Source of the DNA: an uncultured Polynucleobacter sp.
GTDB taxonomy: Bacteria; Pseudomonadota; Gammaproteobacteria; Burkholderiales; Burkholderiaceae
DNA: 53,829 nt
Reading direction: 5' to 3'
Assembly (NCBI GenBank): GCA_964536365.1
Contig: CAZHWF010000002.1
Span: forward strand, 1 to 53,829
The position numbers and the translations under genes are program-made. Of the stretch, positions 19,501 through 30,320 are shown in pieces (positions within the stretch are counted from its first letter, which is position 1; the number at the start of each line of letters is the position of its first letter). The notes beneath the pieces were generated by a model, which searched no databases, was not told where the DNA came from, and saw only the letters and a program-made list of their open reading frames with translations.

Positions 19501-20303
19501 AAGAAATGGGCATCAGGAGTACGGGTTTGCGGAACGTTTGAGCCCCACGCAATGATGTAGGTTGAGTTATACCAATCAGCCGACTCTGGAACGTCTGTCT
19601 GTTCACCCCAAACCTGTGGACTTGCTGGCGGCAAATCACAATACCAATCATAGAAACTCATACAGACGCCGCCAATCAAGCTCAGGTAACGCGAGCCAGC
19701 TGCGTAGCTAACCATAGACATTGCTGGAATTGGTGAGAAACCAATAATGCGATCTGGGCCATGCTTCTTGATCGTATACACATTGGCAGCAGCGATAATT
19801 TCATTTACTTCATCCCAGGAAGATCTTACGAATCCACCCTTGCCGCGCATCTCTTGCCATGATTTTCTTTTGGCTTCACTCTCAACCAAAGTTGCCCAAG
19901 CATCTACTGGACTCTTTGATACAGCGCGAACTTCTCGCCATTGCTTTAATAGCTTGCCGCGAATCATAGGATACTTAACGCGATTGGCGCTATACATATA
20001 CCAGCTATAGCTTGCGCCACGAGCACAACCACGGGGCTCATGGTTTGGAAGATCTGGTCTTGTACGTGGGTAATCTGTTTGCTGAGTCTCCCAAGTCACT
20101 ATGCCGCCTTTGACGTAGATTTTCCAAGAGCATGATCCAGTACAGTTGGTGCCATGGGTTGAGCGCACAATCTTATCGTGCTGCCAACGTGAGCGATAAG
20201 CATCTTCCCATGTACGGTCTTCACCTACAACCTTACCGTGCCCATCTGAAAAAGTTTCGGAATCCGCAGATAAAAATTTGAGGCGGTCTAAAAAGTGGCT
20301 CAT
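16530..20303 (-). CDS. narG: Respiratory nitrate reductase alpha subunit
   Basis: MSHFLDRL, RSTHGTNCTGSC, SFYDWYCDLP, TPHQKWGIHS; 1257 aa. Confidence 0.99.
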   Translation of the reverse strand: MSHFLDRLKFLSADSETFSDGHGKVVGEDRTWEDAYRSRWQHDKIVRSTHGTNCTGSCSWKIYVKGGIVTWETQQTDYPRTRPDLPNHEPRGCARGASYSWYMYSANRVKYPMIRGKLLKQWREVRAVSKSPVDAWATLVESEAKRKSWQEMRGKGGFVRSSWDEVNEIIAAANVYTIKKHGPDRIIGFSPIPAMSMVSYAAGSRYLSLIGGVCMSFYDWYCDLPPASPQVWGEQTDVPESADWYNSTYIIAWGSNVPQTRTPDAHFFTEVRYKGAKTVAITPDYAEVSKLADIWMHPKQGTDAAIAMAMGHVILKEFYFNKRTEYFDDYVRRYTDMPNLVVLEEKVLDDGRTVLVPGRYARTSDFDGNLGQTNGSDWKTVALDTAGKPVVPYGSIGFRWGQEGRKDQGKWNLESKEAHHDKDVTLKLSLMEDQAIHDVVPVGFPYFGGIDTPHFDVNKQSDVLVRNIPAKKMSFVENGATKEVYVATVFDLLAGNYGIDRGLGGDCAKSYEDNVPYTPAWQEAITGVKREQVIAVARQFAENAEKTKGKSMVIIGAAMNHWYHCDMNYRGIINMLMMCGCIGQSGGGWAHYVGQEKLRPQTGWTALAFALDWIRPPRQQNSTSFFYAHTDQWRYEKLGMEEVLSPLANKDDYKGSMIDYNVRAERMGWLPSAPQLKTNPLEVVREAVSAGLDPKEYAVNSLKSGTLQMSCEDPDHPNNWPRNMFVWRSNILGSSGKGHEYFLKHLLGTSHGVQGKDLGTDEARPSEVEWHDKAPEGKLDLLVTLDFRMSTTCLYSDIVLPTATWYEKNDLNTSDMHPFIHPLSTAVDPAWEARSDWEIYKGFAKKFSEVCVGHLGVEKELVLTPLMHDTPAELAQAFDVQEWKKGECDLIPGKTAPQITVVERDYPNTYNRFTALGPLMDKVGNGGKGIAWDTKVEVEQLRELNGKIEHGEMQGMAKISTDIDAAEVVLMLAPETNGHVAVKAWDALSKITGREHAHLALHREDEKIRFRDIQAQPRKIISSPTWSGLESEKVSYNAGYTNVHEYIPWRTLTGRQQFYQDHKWMRAFGEGFVSYRPPVDLKTIGEVDGIKPNGNKEIVLNFITPHQKWGIHSTYSDNLMMLTLNRGGPVVWLSEDDAARAGIVDNDWVELYNTNGAIAARAVVSQRVNPGMIMMYHAQEKIINTPGSEITGMRGGIHNSVTRIVLKPTHMIGGYAQLSYGFNYYGTIGTNRDEFVKVRKMRNIDWLDSENANTVQA

Positions 20304-20321
20304 ATCAATCCTTTATTTTTC

Positions 20322-21704
20322 TTAACAAGGCATAGGGGCGTTTTTACGGCTGTAGTACCACCATGTGATCAAGGTACATGTGACGTAAAACACAATAAAT
20401 GCGTATAGCGCAGCTTCTGGTCCTCCAGTTGCCGCAATCGAGGTTCCATAACTCTTTGGAATAAAGAAGCCACCGTAGGCGCCAACTGCTGAACTAAAGC
20501 CAAGTACGGCTGCCGCTTCTTTATTGGCATCTTTAATAGCCTGCTCCTTCTCGGCGGGGCTATTGCCTGCGGCACGTTGACGTTCCGTTAAGAAAATCAC
20601 CGGGATCATGCGGAAAGTTGAACCATTACCAATGCCTGATGTCGCAAAAAGCACCATGAAGGCGATCAAGAATCCATAAAAGTTGCCTCCCACACCTTGT
20701 GATGGCAAAAATTTCAATACCAAAAATACGCCAGCACCCATCGCAATAAAATTCCAGAACGTTACGCGAGCACCACCCAATTTATCGGCCAGCCAGCCAC
20801 CAAAAGGACGGGCTAAGGCGCCAACCAATGGTCCAAGCCAGGCATAGCTCAGTGCATTTACTCCTGGAAATTGGCTTTTGATTAGCAATGGAAAACCGGC
20901 TGAATAACCGATAAAAGAACCGAAGGTTCCCAGATACAACCAGCACATCAGCCAGTTATGTTTACGCTTGAAAATTACTGCCTGATCAGAAAAAGATGCT
21001 TTTGCATCAGCCAGGTCATTCATACCAAACCAAGCAGCAATTGCGGAAACTGTAATAAATGGCACCCAGATAAATCCAGCGTTTTGTAACCACATTGGCA
21101 CTTGCTGCCCTGCCTTTGTCAAAGTCTGTGGTTCACCACCTAAAGCACCAAATACGCCTGCCGTAATCACCAAAGGAACCACTAATTGAACAATCGATAC
21201 GCCCAGATTTCCTAAGCCAGCATTAAGACCTAATGCAGTTCCTTTTTGTGCTTTTGGATAAAAGAAGCTGATGTTGGACATGGATGAAGCAAAATTGCCG
21301 CCACCAAATCCACATAACAAGGCCAAAGTGATGAAAAATTCATATGGAGTCGCTGGGTTTTGCACAGCAAAGCCAATGCCAACGGCTGGGATTAATAAGG
21401 AAGCAGTTGAAATCGCTGTCCAACGGCGACCGCCAAAAATGGGCACTGCGAATGAGTAAAAGATTCGCAACGTTGCACCACATAATGCAGGCAATGATGC
21501 AAGCCAAAAGAGCTGGTTAGTGGAGAATTTAAATCCCACATTTGGCAAGTTCACAACTACCACCGACCAAACCATCCATACGGCGAATGCCAAGGTTAAC
21601 GCCGGGATTGAAAGAATCAGATTCCGTTTTGCGATCGACTTGCCCGTAGATTCCCAGAAATCTTTACTTTCTGGTTCCCATCGAGTAATTACAGTGGAGG
21701 ACAT
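20322..21704 (-). CDS. narK2: Nitrate/nitrite antiporter (NarK2 type)
   Basis: GFGGGNFASSMSNISFFYP and GIGNGSTF nitrate-signature motifs. Confidence 0.93.
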   Translation of the reverse strand: MSSTVITRWEPESKDFWESTGKSIAKRNLILSIPALTLAFAVWMVWSVVVVNLPNVGFKFSTNQLFWLASLPALCGATLRIFYSFAVPIFGGRRWTAISTASLLIPAVGIGFAVQNPATPYEFFITLALLCGFGGGNFASSMSNISFFYPKAQKGTALGLNAGLGNLGVSIVQLVVPLVITAGVFGALGGEPQTLTKAGQQVPMWLQNAGFIWVPFITVSAIAAWFGMNDLADAKASFSDQAVIFKRKHNWLMCWLYLGTFGSFIGYSAGFPLLIKSQFPGVNALSYAWLGPLVGALARPFGGWLADKLGGARVTFWNFIAMGAGVFLVLKFLPSQGVGGNFYGFLIAFMVLFATSGIGNGSTFRMIPVIFLTERQRAAGNSPAEKEQAIKDANKEAAAVLGFSSAVGAYGGFFIPKSYGTSIAATGGPEAALYAFIVFYVTCTLITWWYYSRKNAPMPC

Positions 21705-21739
21705 GTTATGCCTTTCTTTTTAAATAATTAAGGTGTGGC

Positions 21740-22990
21740 TTAAGCAGATTTTTGACCCATCACTTCGGTCTTACGAACTTCAGTTAAATACATCCAGATC
21801 AATGAAACCCACACCACTCCGTACATCAACATAAATGCGCTAGAGCGAATTCCAGTGATATCTAAAATTGCACCGAACATGATTGGCAAAATAAATCCGC
21901 CTAAACCACCTGCTAAGCCAACAATTCCGGAAATAGTTCCAATATTGCTTGGGTAGTCATCACCGATATATTTGAAAACGCTTGCTTTGCCGAATGCCCA
22001 GGCAATACCTAGCACGGCCATCAATCCAGTAAAGGCATAAATATTCAAACCAATGTGATAGGTCTGTGGACCATTGATGGTTTGAATCGTGAAATCTGTT
22101 TGTGGATAAGACAAGAGGAATAAGCAAACCCAGCTTACCCACATAACCCACCAAGTAACCTGATGAGCGCCATATTTATCTGATAACCAGCCACCAATCG
22201 CTCTTAATACGCCGCCTGGCAAAGAGAAGCACGCGGCCAATAACGCAGCAGTACGAATTTCTAATCCGAATTCGCCTACGTAGTACTGCACCATCCAAAG
22301 GCTAAGACCTACATATCCACCGAAAACAATGCTGTAGTACTGACAATAACGAAGCACCTTAGGATCTTTCAGTGCCTTAAGTTGATCCATAAAAGAAACA
22401 TTGCTTGATGCGAGGTGAGATGGATCAGTTGCACTAAATATCCAAAACAACACCGCCATACCCAACATGACTGCTGCGTATACCTGAGGCACCATTGCCC
22501 AACCAAATGCAACCACCAAGGCAGGGGCGATAAATTTATTGACTGCAGCTCCTGAATTACCGGCGCCGTACACACCCATGGCAAAACCTTGGCGGTTTTT
22601 TGGAAACCATCTTGCGACATAAGGCGTGCCAACAGAAAAAGATCCTCCCGCCAAGCCAACAAAAAGACCAATAACTAAAAACTGCCAATATTCAGTTGCA
22701 TAGGACATCATCCAGATCGGGATGACGGTAGAAAGCATCAAAATGAACATCACGATTCTGCCGCCGTATCGATCTGTCCAAATACCTAATGGAACACGCA
22801 CTAGCGATCCAGTCAGAATAGGCATGGCTGTTAATAAACCGAACTGGGTTGCATTCAGGTTCAGCGCTTTTTTAATTGGAATCCCAATCACGCCAAACAT
22901 CATCCAAACCATAAAGCACACCGTAAATGCCAGGGTGCTGACAATCAGAACTGAATAAGCCTTGCCATTTGTTTTAGTGGTTGTGCTCAT
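21740..22990 (-). CDS. narK1: Nitrate/proton symporter (NarK1 type)
   Basis: GLAGGSFSVGTPYVARWFP, YYSIVFGGYV and GKASVFKYI motifs. Confidence 0.92.
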   Translation of the reverse strand: MSTTTKTNGKAYSVLIVSTLAFTVCFMVWMMFGVIGIPIKKALNLNATQFGLLTAMPILTGSLVRVPLGIWTDRYGGRIVMFILMLSTVIPIWMMSYATEYWQFLVIGLFVGLAGGSFSVGTPYVARWFPKNRQGFAMGVYGAGNSGAAVNKFIAPALVVAFGWAMVPQVYAAVMLGMAVLFWIFSATDPSHLASSNVSFMDQLKALKDPKVLRYCQYYSIVFGGYVGLSLWMVQYYVGEFGLEIRTAALLAACFSLPGGVLRAIGGWLSDKYGAHQVTWWVMWVSWVCLFLLSYPQTDFTIQTINGPQTYHIGLNIYAFTGLMAVLGIAWAFGKASVFKYIGDDYPSNIGTISGIVGLAGGLGGFILPIMFGAILDITGIRSSAFMLMYGVVWVSLIWMYLTEVRKTEVMGQKSA

Positions 22991-23052
22991 GAATACCCCT
23001 TAATCTCATAGTGATTATGAAAATTAAGAGGCTTTTGGAATATCCCCCAGAA

Positions 23053-23111
23053 GACTACTTTTAAAAAGCAGTCGAACTATGTCACAAGAAAGACATAGTT
23101 CTTAAGAACTA
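23053..23111. promoter_or_regulatory. Array of inverted repeats upstream of narK1, putative NarL sites
   Basis: GACTACTTTT-a-AAAAGCAGTC (23053-23073), GAACTATGTC-N8-GACATAGTTC (23074-23101), TAGTTCT-ta-AGAACTA (23096-23111). Confidence 0.65.
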
Positions 23112-23115
23112 GTAC

Positions 23116-23775
23116 TTACGAAGTAATGCCCTCAGCACTAGCAAAAACCGCAATTTGAACGCGGGAAGATAGATTGAGCTTTCGCAAAACATGTTGAACA
23201 TGAATCTTGACGGTTGTCTCAGCAATTCCAAGCTCTCTGGCGATTTCTTTATTGCTTAATCCAGTAGCAATGAGCTTTACCGCATCTAGCTCACGAGGAG
23301 AAAGGCTAGCTGCTAGCGAAGCGTTTGCTGATTTTTCGTCTGGCTTTTTATTGGACTTAAATGCGCTAACCAATTTATGCGTCATTTCTTTACTAATGAC
23401 CGACTCCCCAGCATAAGCCTTGCGTATGCCGAACAATAAATCATCTTTTTCACTGGTTTTCAGCAAATATCCTTGAGCGCCATTTTGCAAGGCTTGAATC
23501 AAGTCACCCTCATCCTCGCTCACCGTCAACATCATTACCGTGGACTCGGGGGAAACGTGAAAAATATCAGGCAGGGACTGTATGCCGCTGGCACCCGGTA
23601 AATGGTTATCCAGCAAGATTACATCGGGCTTGAGGGTTTTGCACAAACGAATAGCCTCAATCGCGTCGCCCGCCTCACCTATCACCTCAAAATCATCGGC
23701 CTGAGATAGCAAGGCAATCAAGCCACGCCTAAATAAGGTGTGATCGTCAACGACCAGTATATGAATCTTTTCCAC
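23116..23775 (-). CDS. narL: NarL-family response regulator
   Basis: VVDDHTLFRRGL receiver domain, LSPRE...GLSNKEIARELGIAETTVKIHV LuxR HTH. Confidence 0.95.
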   Translation of the reverse strand: MEKIHILVVDDHTLFRRGLIALLSQADDFEVIGEAGDAIEAIRLCKTLKPDVILLDNHLPGASGIQSLPDIFHVSPESTVMMLTVSEDEGDLIQALQNGAQGYLLKTSEKDDLLFGIRKAYAGESVISKEMTHKLVSAFKSNKKPDEKSANASLAASLSPRELDAVKLIATGLSNKEIARELGIAETTVKIHVQHVLRKLNLSSRVQIAVFASAEGITS

Positions 23776-23815
23776 GTCTAGAGCTTTCGCTATTCAAGTC
23801 AAATGATTATGTGCG

Positions 23816-25666
23816 TTATGCGGGCAATGTTAATGATATTTTTGCACCATTTGGAGTATTTGCACCAATTTCTAGGAGGGCGTCGATTTTTTCCGCCCGC
23901 TCGCTCATGATGCTCATACCAACATGGGTACTATCCACCGTACTATCACCCGCCCCAAAGCCTACACCATCATCCATTACCTCAAATCGCCATTGCGGTG
24001 ATTGAGTAACCCGAACTTTGACATGACTGGCTTTTGAGTGTTTGCGAATATTAGAAAGTGCTTCCTGTATCACATGCATTACCTGTATTTGCACATCTGG
24101 AGCTAAAGGTAGACCCTGCCCACTAATTTCTAATTCACTACGAATACCTGATTGATGCTCAAACTTTTGCAAAGTGGTGCGAATAGCCGTTTCGATATCT
24201 TCGGTATTAGTTCGAGTTCTGAAGTGTAATAGCAATTCCCGTACGTCGCTATAACTCTCACGTAAACCTTCATCTAATTCACCCAGAATTTTTTTGGCTT
24301 TAATGCTTGTCGAATCTAATAATTCATCTTTTAGCATTCCCACTTGCATTTTTAAGAACGCCAGGGATTGAGCGATAGAGTCATGCAGTTCTCTAGCCAA
24401 GAGACTGCGCTCCTCTGAAATGGCGGCTTCTTTTTCCATCGCTTTAATTCGAACTGCCTCCATTGCGCCAGCTAAATGGTGCGCAAGCGTTTCAAATAAA
24501 GCTTTTTGCTCTTGATCTAGAGAAGATTCTTTTGCATAAAAGATATCGATCTCACCAAGCAAATATTGCTGGAACAGAATTGGGACCGTGATTAATGTTT
24601 TATAGCCAGCCTTTACGCAATGCCTTTCTGCTTCTGTCTTGGGATTAAAAGTAACCACCTGAACTTCATTATGCGCACTCGATTGACCACAATAGCAATC
24701 CCCTGCCACCACGCACTGCTCCTCATGCGAAATCGACTTTGGCAGATTGGTGCCTGACAATAAGAAGTATCTCCGATTAGCCTCATCAGTCCAGCGAATG
24801 GCAATGGCAGATGCCCCACTTAAGGTCATAATGCGCTCTGAGAACCCCTTGGCTAGGCGCTCAAGATTTTCTTCGCGCGATACAAATGAACTTAAATCAT
24901 ATAAAGCCTGCAAGCGACTTTGACGTTCCTGCAAGTGCAGTGTCTTTTCCTGAACTTTCGCCTCAAGACCGCCATACAAATCACTAATCGTTGCCGTCAT
25001 AGAATTAAAGCCTGAGGCCAAATCGCCAAACTCATCATGAGCATCAATTTGCACCCGAGTATTGAGCCTGCCTGATTTAACGCTATCAAACCCTAATCGT
25101 AATTTTTCTACGGGATCTAAGATGACTGAATAACCAATATACATAATCACCAAGGTCGCAATAAGAGAAGTTGCCAACATTGCGAACTGGAATAAATGCA
25201 ATAAGCTTGTCCAGTAATCAACCTCACTTTCAATTGATCCAACGAAACGATCAATGCTAGAAACAAAATTATCTATTTGAGCTACGGGAATTGTTTGCGA
25301 CTTTTTTACATTCAATGAGTTTTTGATTTCACCCCACTGACTGGAAATGTTCGTGAAATAAGAGCGATTTAATCTGTTCCAAGGAACAAATAATGGCCGA
25401 GATGGGTCCCCATATTTTAGAACGCTCATACTATCGTCAAATTTCTTAATCAATTTAGACGATGCTTCTTGATTGCCATCGCTAACCAAAAGCGCTAATT
25501 GATAGGTTTGCATGCGCATACGACCTGCTTCATTAATGGCTGCAGCACCACCCTCTAATTTCCAGGTTACCCACAATGTAAAACTAATAGAGATCATCGC
25601 CAGCACCAAAAGGGCAACGCCAATGAACGTGAGCTTCTTTTTTAAGGTAAATTCTGTAGTCATCAT
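23816..25666 (-). CDS. narX: Nitrate/nitrite sensor histidine kinase
   Basis: P-box AINEAGRMRMQTY, HAMP, GAF-like region, ARELHDSIAQSL H-box. Confidence 0.95.
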   Translation of the reverse strand: MMTTEFTLKKKLTFIGVALLVLAMISISFTLWVTWKLEGGAAAINEAGRMRMQTYQLALLVSDGNQEASSKLIKKFDDSMSVLKYGDPSRPLFVPWNRLNRSYFTNISSQWGEIKNSLNVKKSQTIPVAQIDNFVSSIDRFVGSIESEVDYWTSLLHLFQFAMLATSLIATLVIMYIGYSVILDPVEKLRLGFDSVKSGRLNTRVQIDAHDEFGDLASGFNSMTATISDLYGGLEAKVQEKTLHLQERQSRLQALYDLSSFVSREENLERLAKGFSERIMTLSGASAIAIRWTDEANRRYFLLSGTNLPKSISHEEQCVVAGDCYCGQSSAHNEVQVVTFNPKTEAERHCVKAGYKTLITVPILFQQYLLGEIDIFYAKESSLDQEQKALFETLAHHLAGAMEAVRIKAMEKEAAISEERSLLARELHDSIAQSLAFLKMQVGMLKDELLDSTSIKAKKILGELDEGLRESYSDVRELLLHFRTRTNTEDIETAIRTTLQKFEHQSGIRSELEISGQGLPLAPDVQIQVMHVIQEALSNIRKHSKASHVKVRVTQSPQWRFEVMDDGVGFGAGDSTVDSTHVGMSIMSERAEKIDALLEIGANTPNGAKISLTLPA

Positions 25667-25693
25667 CTTCTTAAACTATACATAAAAACGACT

Positions 25694-26656
25694 ATGCCAA
25701 GAGATAAAGAACCAAATTGGCTACATCGCCTGCATCCTGGGCTATTTGGTATGCCACTAGGACTCCTCAGTCTTTCATTTGCATGGAGCAAATACTCTCA
25801 CGTCACATCAATCTCCACTTATTGGTTTGAGCGCTGCTTTCTTGGTCTTGGTTTATTCATTCTTTGCTTTCTCGCCATTCTGTGGGGTATTAAGGCAATC
25901 TTTTACCCAAAAGCAATAAAGGAAAAATTCTTAAACCCGGTGCTCGGTCCAATGATGGCCTTTTTCCCGATCAGCACCATGCTTGCTATTGCGCTTTTAT
26001 TTCCCCGCTTTCCAGAATATGCCTCATTTGCCTATTCCCTCACAGCAATTGCTCTTCTGATTCAAGTCATCATCGCTTGGCGTGTTGTGTACTTACTTTC
26101 CATGGGTAATATGCCCGCAGATCAAGTTACCCCAGCGCTTTACATTCCGATTGTTCCCGGAGGTTTAGTTGGCGGCGCTGCTTTAACCGCAATTGGCCTG
26201 CCTGGATTTGGTTATCTTGTTTGGGGAATGGGTCTTGGTGGTTGGGCATTATTAGAAATGCGAATTTTGCATCGTCTATTTGCCGGTCCACTGCCTCCTC
26301 AGTACAGAGCAACTATTGGAATCGAGATGGGACCAGCAGCAATCAGCACGATTACCGCTGTGAGTATTTGGCCAAACATACCGGTTGATGCCATTCTAGT
26401 AGGACTAGGAATTGCTTCTGGACCAATCTTTGCCGTATTAACCAGATGGAAGTCTTGGACTGCGGTTCCATTCTCATTTGGTTTTTGGTCATTCGCCTTC
26501 CCTGTAGCCGCAACAACATCTTGCATTATTGAAGCGGTCATTCGCGGTGGATGGCCTCATATTGCGGGAACGATTGCCATCACAATCGCTACAGCTCTCG
26601 TGCTTTACTTGCTACTCAGAACGTTTGTGTTGCTTGTAAAAAGACAGCTTTATTAA
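25694..26656 (+). CDS. TDT/SLAC1-family anion transporter (TehA-like)
   Basis: FGMPLGL, TPALYIP and FWSFAFP motifs; about 10 TM helices. Confidence 0.88.
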   Translation: MPRDKEPNWLHRLHPGLFGMPLGLLSLSFAWSKYSHVTSISTYWFERCFLGLGLFILCFLAILWGIKAIFYPKAIKEKFLNPVLGPMMAFFPISTMLAIALLFPRFPEYASFAYSLTAIALLIQVIIAWRVVYLLSMGNMPADQVTPALYIPIVPGGLVGGAALTAIGLPGFGYLVWGMGLGGWALLEMRILHRLFAGPLPPQYRATIGIEMGPAAISTITAVSIWPNIPVDAILVGLGIASGPIFAVLTRWKSWTAVPFSFGFWSFAFPVAATTSCIIEAVIRGGWPHIAGTIAITIATALVLYLLLRTFVLLVKRQLY

Positions 26657-26670
26657 AAACCTAACTATCT

Positions 26671-29094
26671 TCACCCACAAGAACCGACATAACCACAACT
26701 GGTGCAGTAATCACAGCCATCCTTCTTGATCATGGCATGAGCACCACAGTCCGGACATTTCTTACCGGCCATCACACCCGCTGTCGCATTTTTATTTACT
26801 TCGACATCGCCAATTCCAAAATCTTCAGATGATTTAAATTCCGCGATTCCTCGCTTGGCCAAAATATTCTCAATTGCAAAAGCAACTGCGGCCACTTCAG
26901 AATCGTGCCACATAGGCGCAACAGCACCATCTTGTTTTTTCTTAGCACCCAAACGCACTGGACCTCGATCCCAAGCAACCTTTTTCATATCACTTAGAGC
27001 TCTTGAGAGAAATCCGCCGCGCGCTGCCAGCGATAGCATACGCATGCTTGAAGTAATCCATTGCTGTGATTCGCCACTTTGACCAACTGGCATAAAAAAC
27101 TCGATTGCGCGCTCTACGCTTGCTTTCTTGCCATCAATTACACCCTCGACAGCTAAGAAAGAAATAATCAAGTAAAGCGTTTTTTGCCCATCTTGAGTCC
27201 AGTAAGTAATTTTTTCAGCTACTGCTGGCAACTCTCCATTGGGCCTTCTATCGATGACTTTCCTAGAGGGATTGGAGTGCATAGCCCCATCCTCAATCAT
27301 TTCAGAAGCACCCTCTGTAGCAGTTGGCGTAACTTGTAACACTGAACCTAAAATACTATTTGGTCGATACGTTGCTAGGCCTTTTAAGTGGGATTTCCAT
27401 GCGGTGAAATACAAATCTTTGAATTTCTCATACGGATAGTCAGCAGGTACATTGACGGTTTTCGAAATAGCCGTATCAATGAATGGTTGAACTGCCTCCA
27501 TCATCAATACATGATCTTCCGCAGACATTTCTAATGCGGTTACAAAATACTCTGGAAGATTGTCTACATCACCGCCAAGATCACGGTATACCCTCCAAGC
27601 ATGATCTTCAACCGCGTATTCCTTGCTTGTTCCGTCGGCCTCACGCTTCTTTCGGGTATAAGTCCATGAGAATGGTGGCTCAATACCATTCGATGCATTA
27701 TCTGCAAAAGCGAGACTGACTGTTCCCGTTGGCGCTATCGAGAGTAGATGACTGTTACGAATACCGTGCTTCCGAATATCAGCCTTAAGCACATCGCCAA
27801 GACGACTCGCAAAATTACCGCCACTAAGGTATTGATCAACATCCAAGTCAGGGAACGAACCTTTCTCCTTGGCTAGCTCTACTGAGGCGCCATAAGCTAG
27901 ATCACGCATTTTCTCGGCGATCTCAGCCGCCTTGATACGAGCGGCGGCGCTGTTATAAGAGAGCTTGAGCATAATCAAAGCATCCCCAAGACCGGTGAAA
28001 CCGACCCCAATACGGCGTTTCGCATGAGCTTCCAAGCCTTGTTCATCCAAAGGCCAATACGTTGCATCCAACACGTTATCCAGCATCCGCACCTGAACCT
28101 TCACTACTTTTGCGAATCTTTCAAAATCAAAGTATGGCTCTCCATCTATGCCAAATGGATTTACCACAAATTGCGGAAGAATAATGGGGCCAAGATCGCA
28201 GCAACCATAAGCAGGTAGAGGCTGCTCGCCGCAAGGATTGGTTGCATCAATACGCTCGCAATAATACAAATTGTTATCGCGATTAATATTATCGAGAAAG
28301 AGAATTCCTGGCTCCGCAAAGTCATAGGCGGATTGCATTACCGCATTCCAGATCTCCCTGGCTTTTACCTTCTTATATGTCCAGAATCGATCTGTTCTCT
28401 GATAGGCGCCAGCCGCAATTAAAGCCTCACATGGCTTAGCCTTGTGACAAAGCTCAATCTCTCCATCCATGCCAACCAATTTCATGAACTCATCTGAAAC
28501 GCCAACGGAGACATTGAAGTTATTCCAGCGCCCTGGAGTTCTTTTGGCTGTGATGAATTCCAAAATATCAGGGTGATCAATTCGAAGAACGCCCATTTGC
28601 GCGCCCCTGCGCGCTCCAGCGCTCTCTACGGTTGAGCAGGATTGATCAAATACATTGATATAGCTGCATGGGCCAGAAGCAATAGAGGCAGTTCCTTTAA
28701 CCTCCGCACCTTTAGGGCGGATTCTAGAAAAATCATAACCAACACCCCCGCCGCGACGCATTGTTTCTGCGGCTTGCTTTAAGGCTTCGTAGATTCCTGG
28801 GTATCCATCTTCATCAGTATCCTGAATGCAATCGCCTACTGGTTGGACAAAGCAATTAATTAATGTCGCCTTAATGCCGGTACCGGCTGAACTCATAATG
28901 CGCCCCGCACCTATCGCGCCAGCATAGAAATTTTCTAGAAATTGCTTCTCTACCTCTTCTTGAATGCTTAAATCCTCAACAGAGGCGAGATGCTTTGCAA
29001 CCCTTCTAAAAATCGTATCCGCGTCTTTTTCACCGCTTTTTAAATATTTCTCAGCTAATACATCGGTGCTAATTGGCTGCATAACCATATTCAA
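26671..29094 (-). CDS. nrdJ: Adenosylcobalamin-dependent (class II) ribonucleotide reductase
   Basis: [42 protein letters not shown]; C-terminal CPDC/CTSC zinc ribbon; no R2 subunit nearby. Confidence 0.93.
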   Translation of the reverse strand: MNMVMQPISTDVLAEKYLKSGEKDADTIFRRVAKHLASVEDLSIQEEVEKQFLENFYAGAIGAGRIMSSAGTGIKATLINCFVQPVGDCIQDTDEDGYPGIYEALKQAAETMRRGGGVGYDFSRIRPKGAEVKGTASIASGPCSYINVFDQSCSTVESAGARRGAQMGVLRIDHPDILEFITAKRTPGRWNNFNVSVGVSDEFMKLVGMDGEIELCHKAKPCEALIAAGAYQRTDRFWTYKKVKAREIWNAVMQSAYDFAEPGILFLDNINRDNNLYYCERIDATNPCGEQPLPAYGCCDLGPIILPQFVVNPFGIDGEPYFDFERFAKVVKVQVRMLDNVLDATYWPLDEQGLEAHAKRRIGVGFTGLGDALIMLKLSYNSAAARIKAAEIAEKMRDLAYGASVELAKEKGSFPDLDVDQYLSGGNFASRLGDVLKADIRKHGIRNSHLLSIAPTGTVSLAFADNASNGIEPPFSWTYTRKKREADGTSKEYAVEDHAWRVYRDLGGDVDNLPEYFVTALEMSAEDHVLMMEAVQPFIDTAISKTVNVPADYPYEKFKDLYFTAWKSHLKGLATYRPNSILGSVLQVTPTATEGASEMIEDGAMHSNPSRKVIDRRPNGELPAVAEKITYWTQDGQKTLYLIISFLAVEGVIDGKKASVERAIEFFMPVGQSGESQQWITSSMRMLSLAARGGFLSRALSDMKKVAWDRGPVRLGAKKKQDGAVAPMWHDSEVAAVAFAIENILAKRGIAEFKSSEDFGIGDVEVNKNATAGVMAGKKCPDCGAHAMIKKDGCDYCTSCGYVGSCG

Positions 29095-30307
29095 GCGGCT
29101 CCATATCTGACAACAATTGAGTGATTAAATCTAAAACAGGACGAATTTGATTGCCAAATGGCAATGCGCCCGCCCCTCTAAAGAAAAGCCCTTTTTGCAC
29201 GCTACCCACCAAGGCGCTTCCTAGTACCTTATCAATGCAAAATTGACCCCATGAACTATTGCCATCTCTTAAACCGCAATCATGAAGACAATCAAAAATC
29301 ATGGTGCAACGGGGCTTTTTGCGAGCAGTCTCTTGTAGAACGCTTTCTACTTTTAAATACTTACCTAGCCACGGTGTTTTTACCGCTCTCGCAGGTAAAC
29401 CTGCCACGCTTAAAAACTCAACAATGTCTTTCTTCTTGGCGTTAGCAAGGACATGCTTAAAAGCGTCATCAGCATCTCCTTCAACTGTGACAGCAAATGC
29501 GGTCCCTAGCTGTACCGCGGACGCCCCTAAGGATTGCAATCGTTTTATATCAGCAAGACTTGAAATGCCGCCTGCGGCAATGAGTGGAATTTGCTCCTCA
29601 ATACCTGCGGCTTTAAAAAATTCAAGAACTTCGGGAATTACATTTTCAAAGTCAAATTTGGTATTGTGAATATCGGAAACATTAGAGGCGCCAACATGGC
29701 CGCCAGCCAGACGAGGATTTTCAATCACGATAGCATCGGGCAGTCGCCCTTTTTTCATCCACTTCTTCACCAATAATTGCACACCCCGCGCCTCGGAAAG
29801 AATCGGCACCAAAATGGCATTTGGATGATCCGCAGCCAAATCTGGCAGATCTAGTGGTAGCCCAGCGCCAACCACAATCATGTCGGCACCATTTTCTAAA
29901 GAGCACTTTACATATTGCGCGTATTCATTCACCGCTTTCATTACATTGACTGCAATCAGACCAAATCCATTCGACTCTTTTCTAGCCTGAATAATTTCAC
30001 GCTTAAGCGCCTCAATATTGGCGGCATTGATTAATTCACGACTATCAGCGCATGGTGTTAGGTGCTGGGTTTGCTCCATTAAGTCGGAATGGAGCCTTCT
30101 CAAATCAATGGATGAAATAGTCCCAATGCCACCAGATTTAGCGACAGCACCCGCTAGTCGATGAGCCGAAACCCCGACGCCCATTCCACCTTGCACAATC
30201 GGCAGAACTGTTTTTCCCTTGATCACCAGAGGAGTAACACCGCTCTTAGAGAGCAATTCAGAAATGCCAGCAGGAATTAATGTCGTCAATTGATTCACCC
30301 AATACAT
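29069..30307 (-). CDS. Nitronate monooxygenase / FabK-like flavoprotein (start uncertain)
   Basis: [36 protein letters not shown]; Cys cluster CxxxxCxxxC...FCID. Confidence 0.9.
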   Translation of the reverse strand: MYWVNQLTTLIPAGISELLSKSGVTPLVIKGKTVLPIVQGGMGVGVSAHRLAGAVAKSGGIGTISSIDLRRLHSDLMEQTQHLTPCADSRELINAANIEALKREIIQARKESNGFGLIAVNVMKAVNEYAQYVKCSLENGADMIVVGAGLPLDLPDLAADHPNAILVPILSEARGVQLLVKKWMKKGRLPDAIVIENPRLAGGHVGASNVSDIHNTKFDFENVIPEVLEFFKAAGIEEQIPLIAAGGISSLADIKRLQSLGASAVQLGTAFAVTVEGDADDAFKHVLANAKKKDIVEFLSVAGLPARAVKTPWLGKYLKVESVLQETARKKPRCTMIFDCLHDCGLRDGNSSWGQFCIDKVLGSALVGSVQKGLFFRGAGALPFGNQIRPVLDLITQLLSDMEPLEYGYAAN

Positions 30308-30320
30308 TAAGCGTCGAAAA

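Noticed and set aside
14994-22990. Many 60-120 aa ORFs antisense or out of frame within the nar genes (likewise within ppc, nrdJ, the ATPase and the RND genes, e.g. 42600..43094)
   Set aside because: Shadow ORFs fully overlapping well-supported genes, with no motifs
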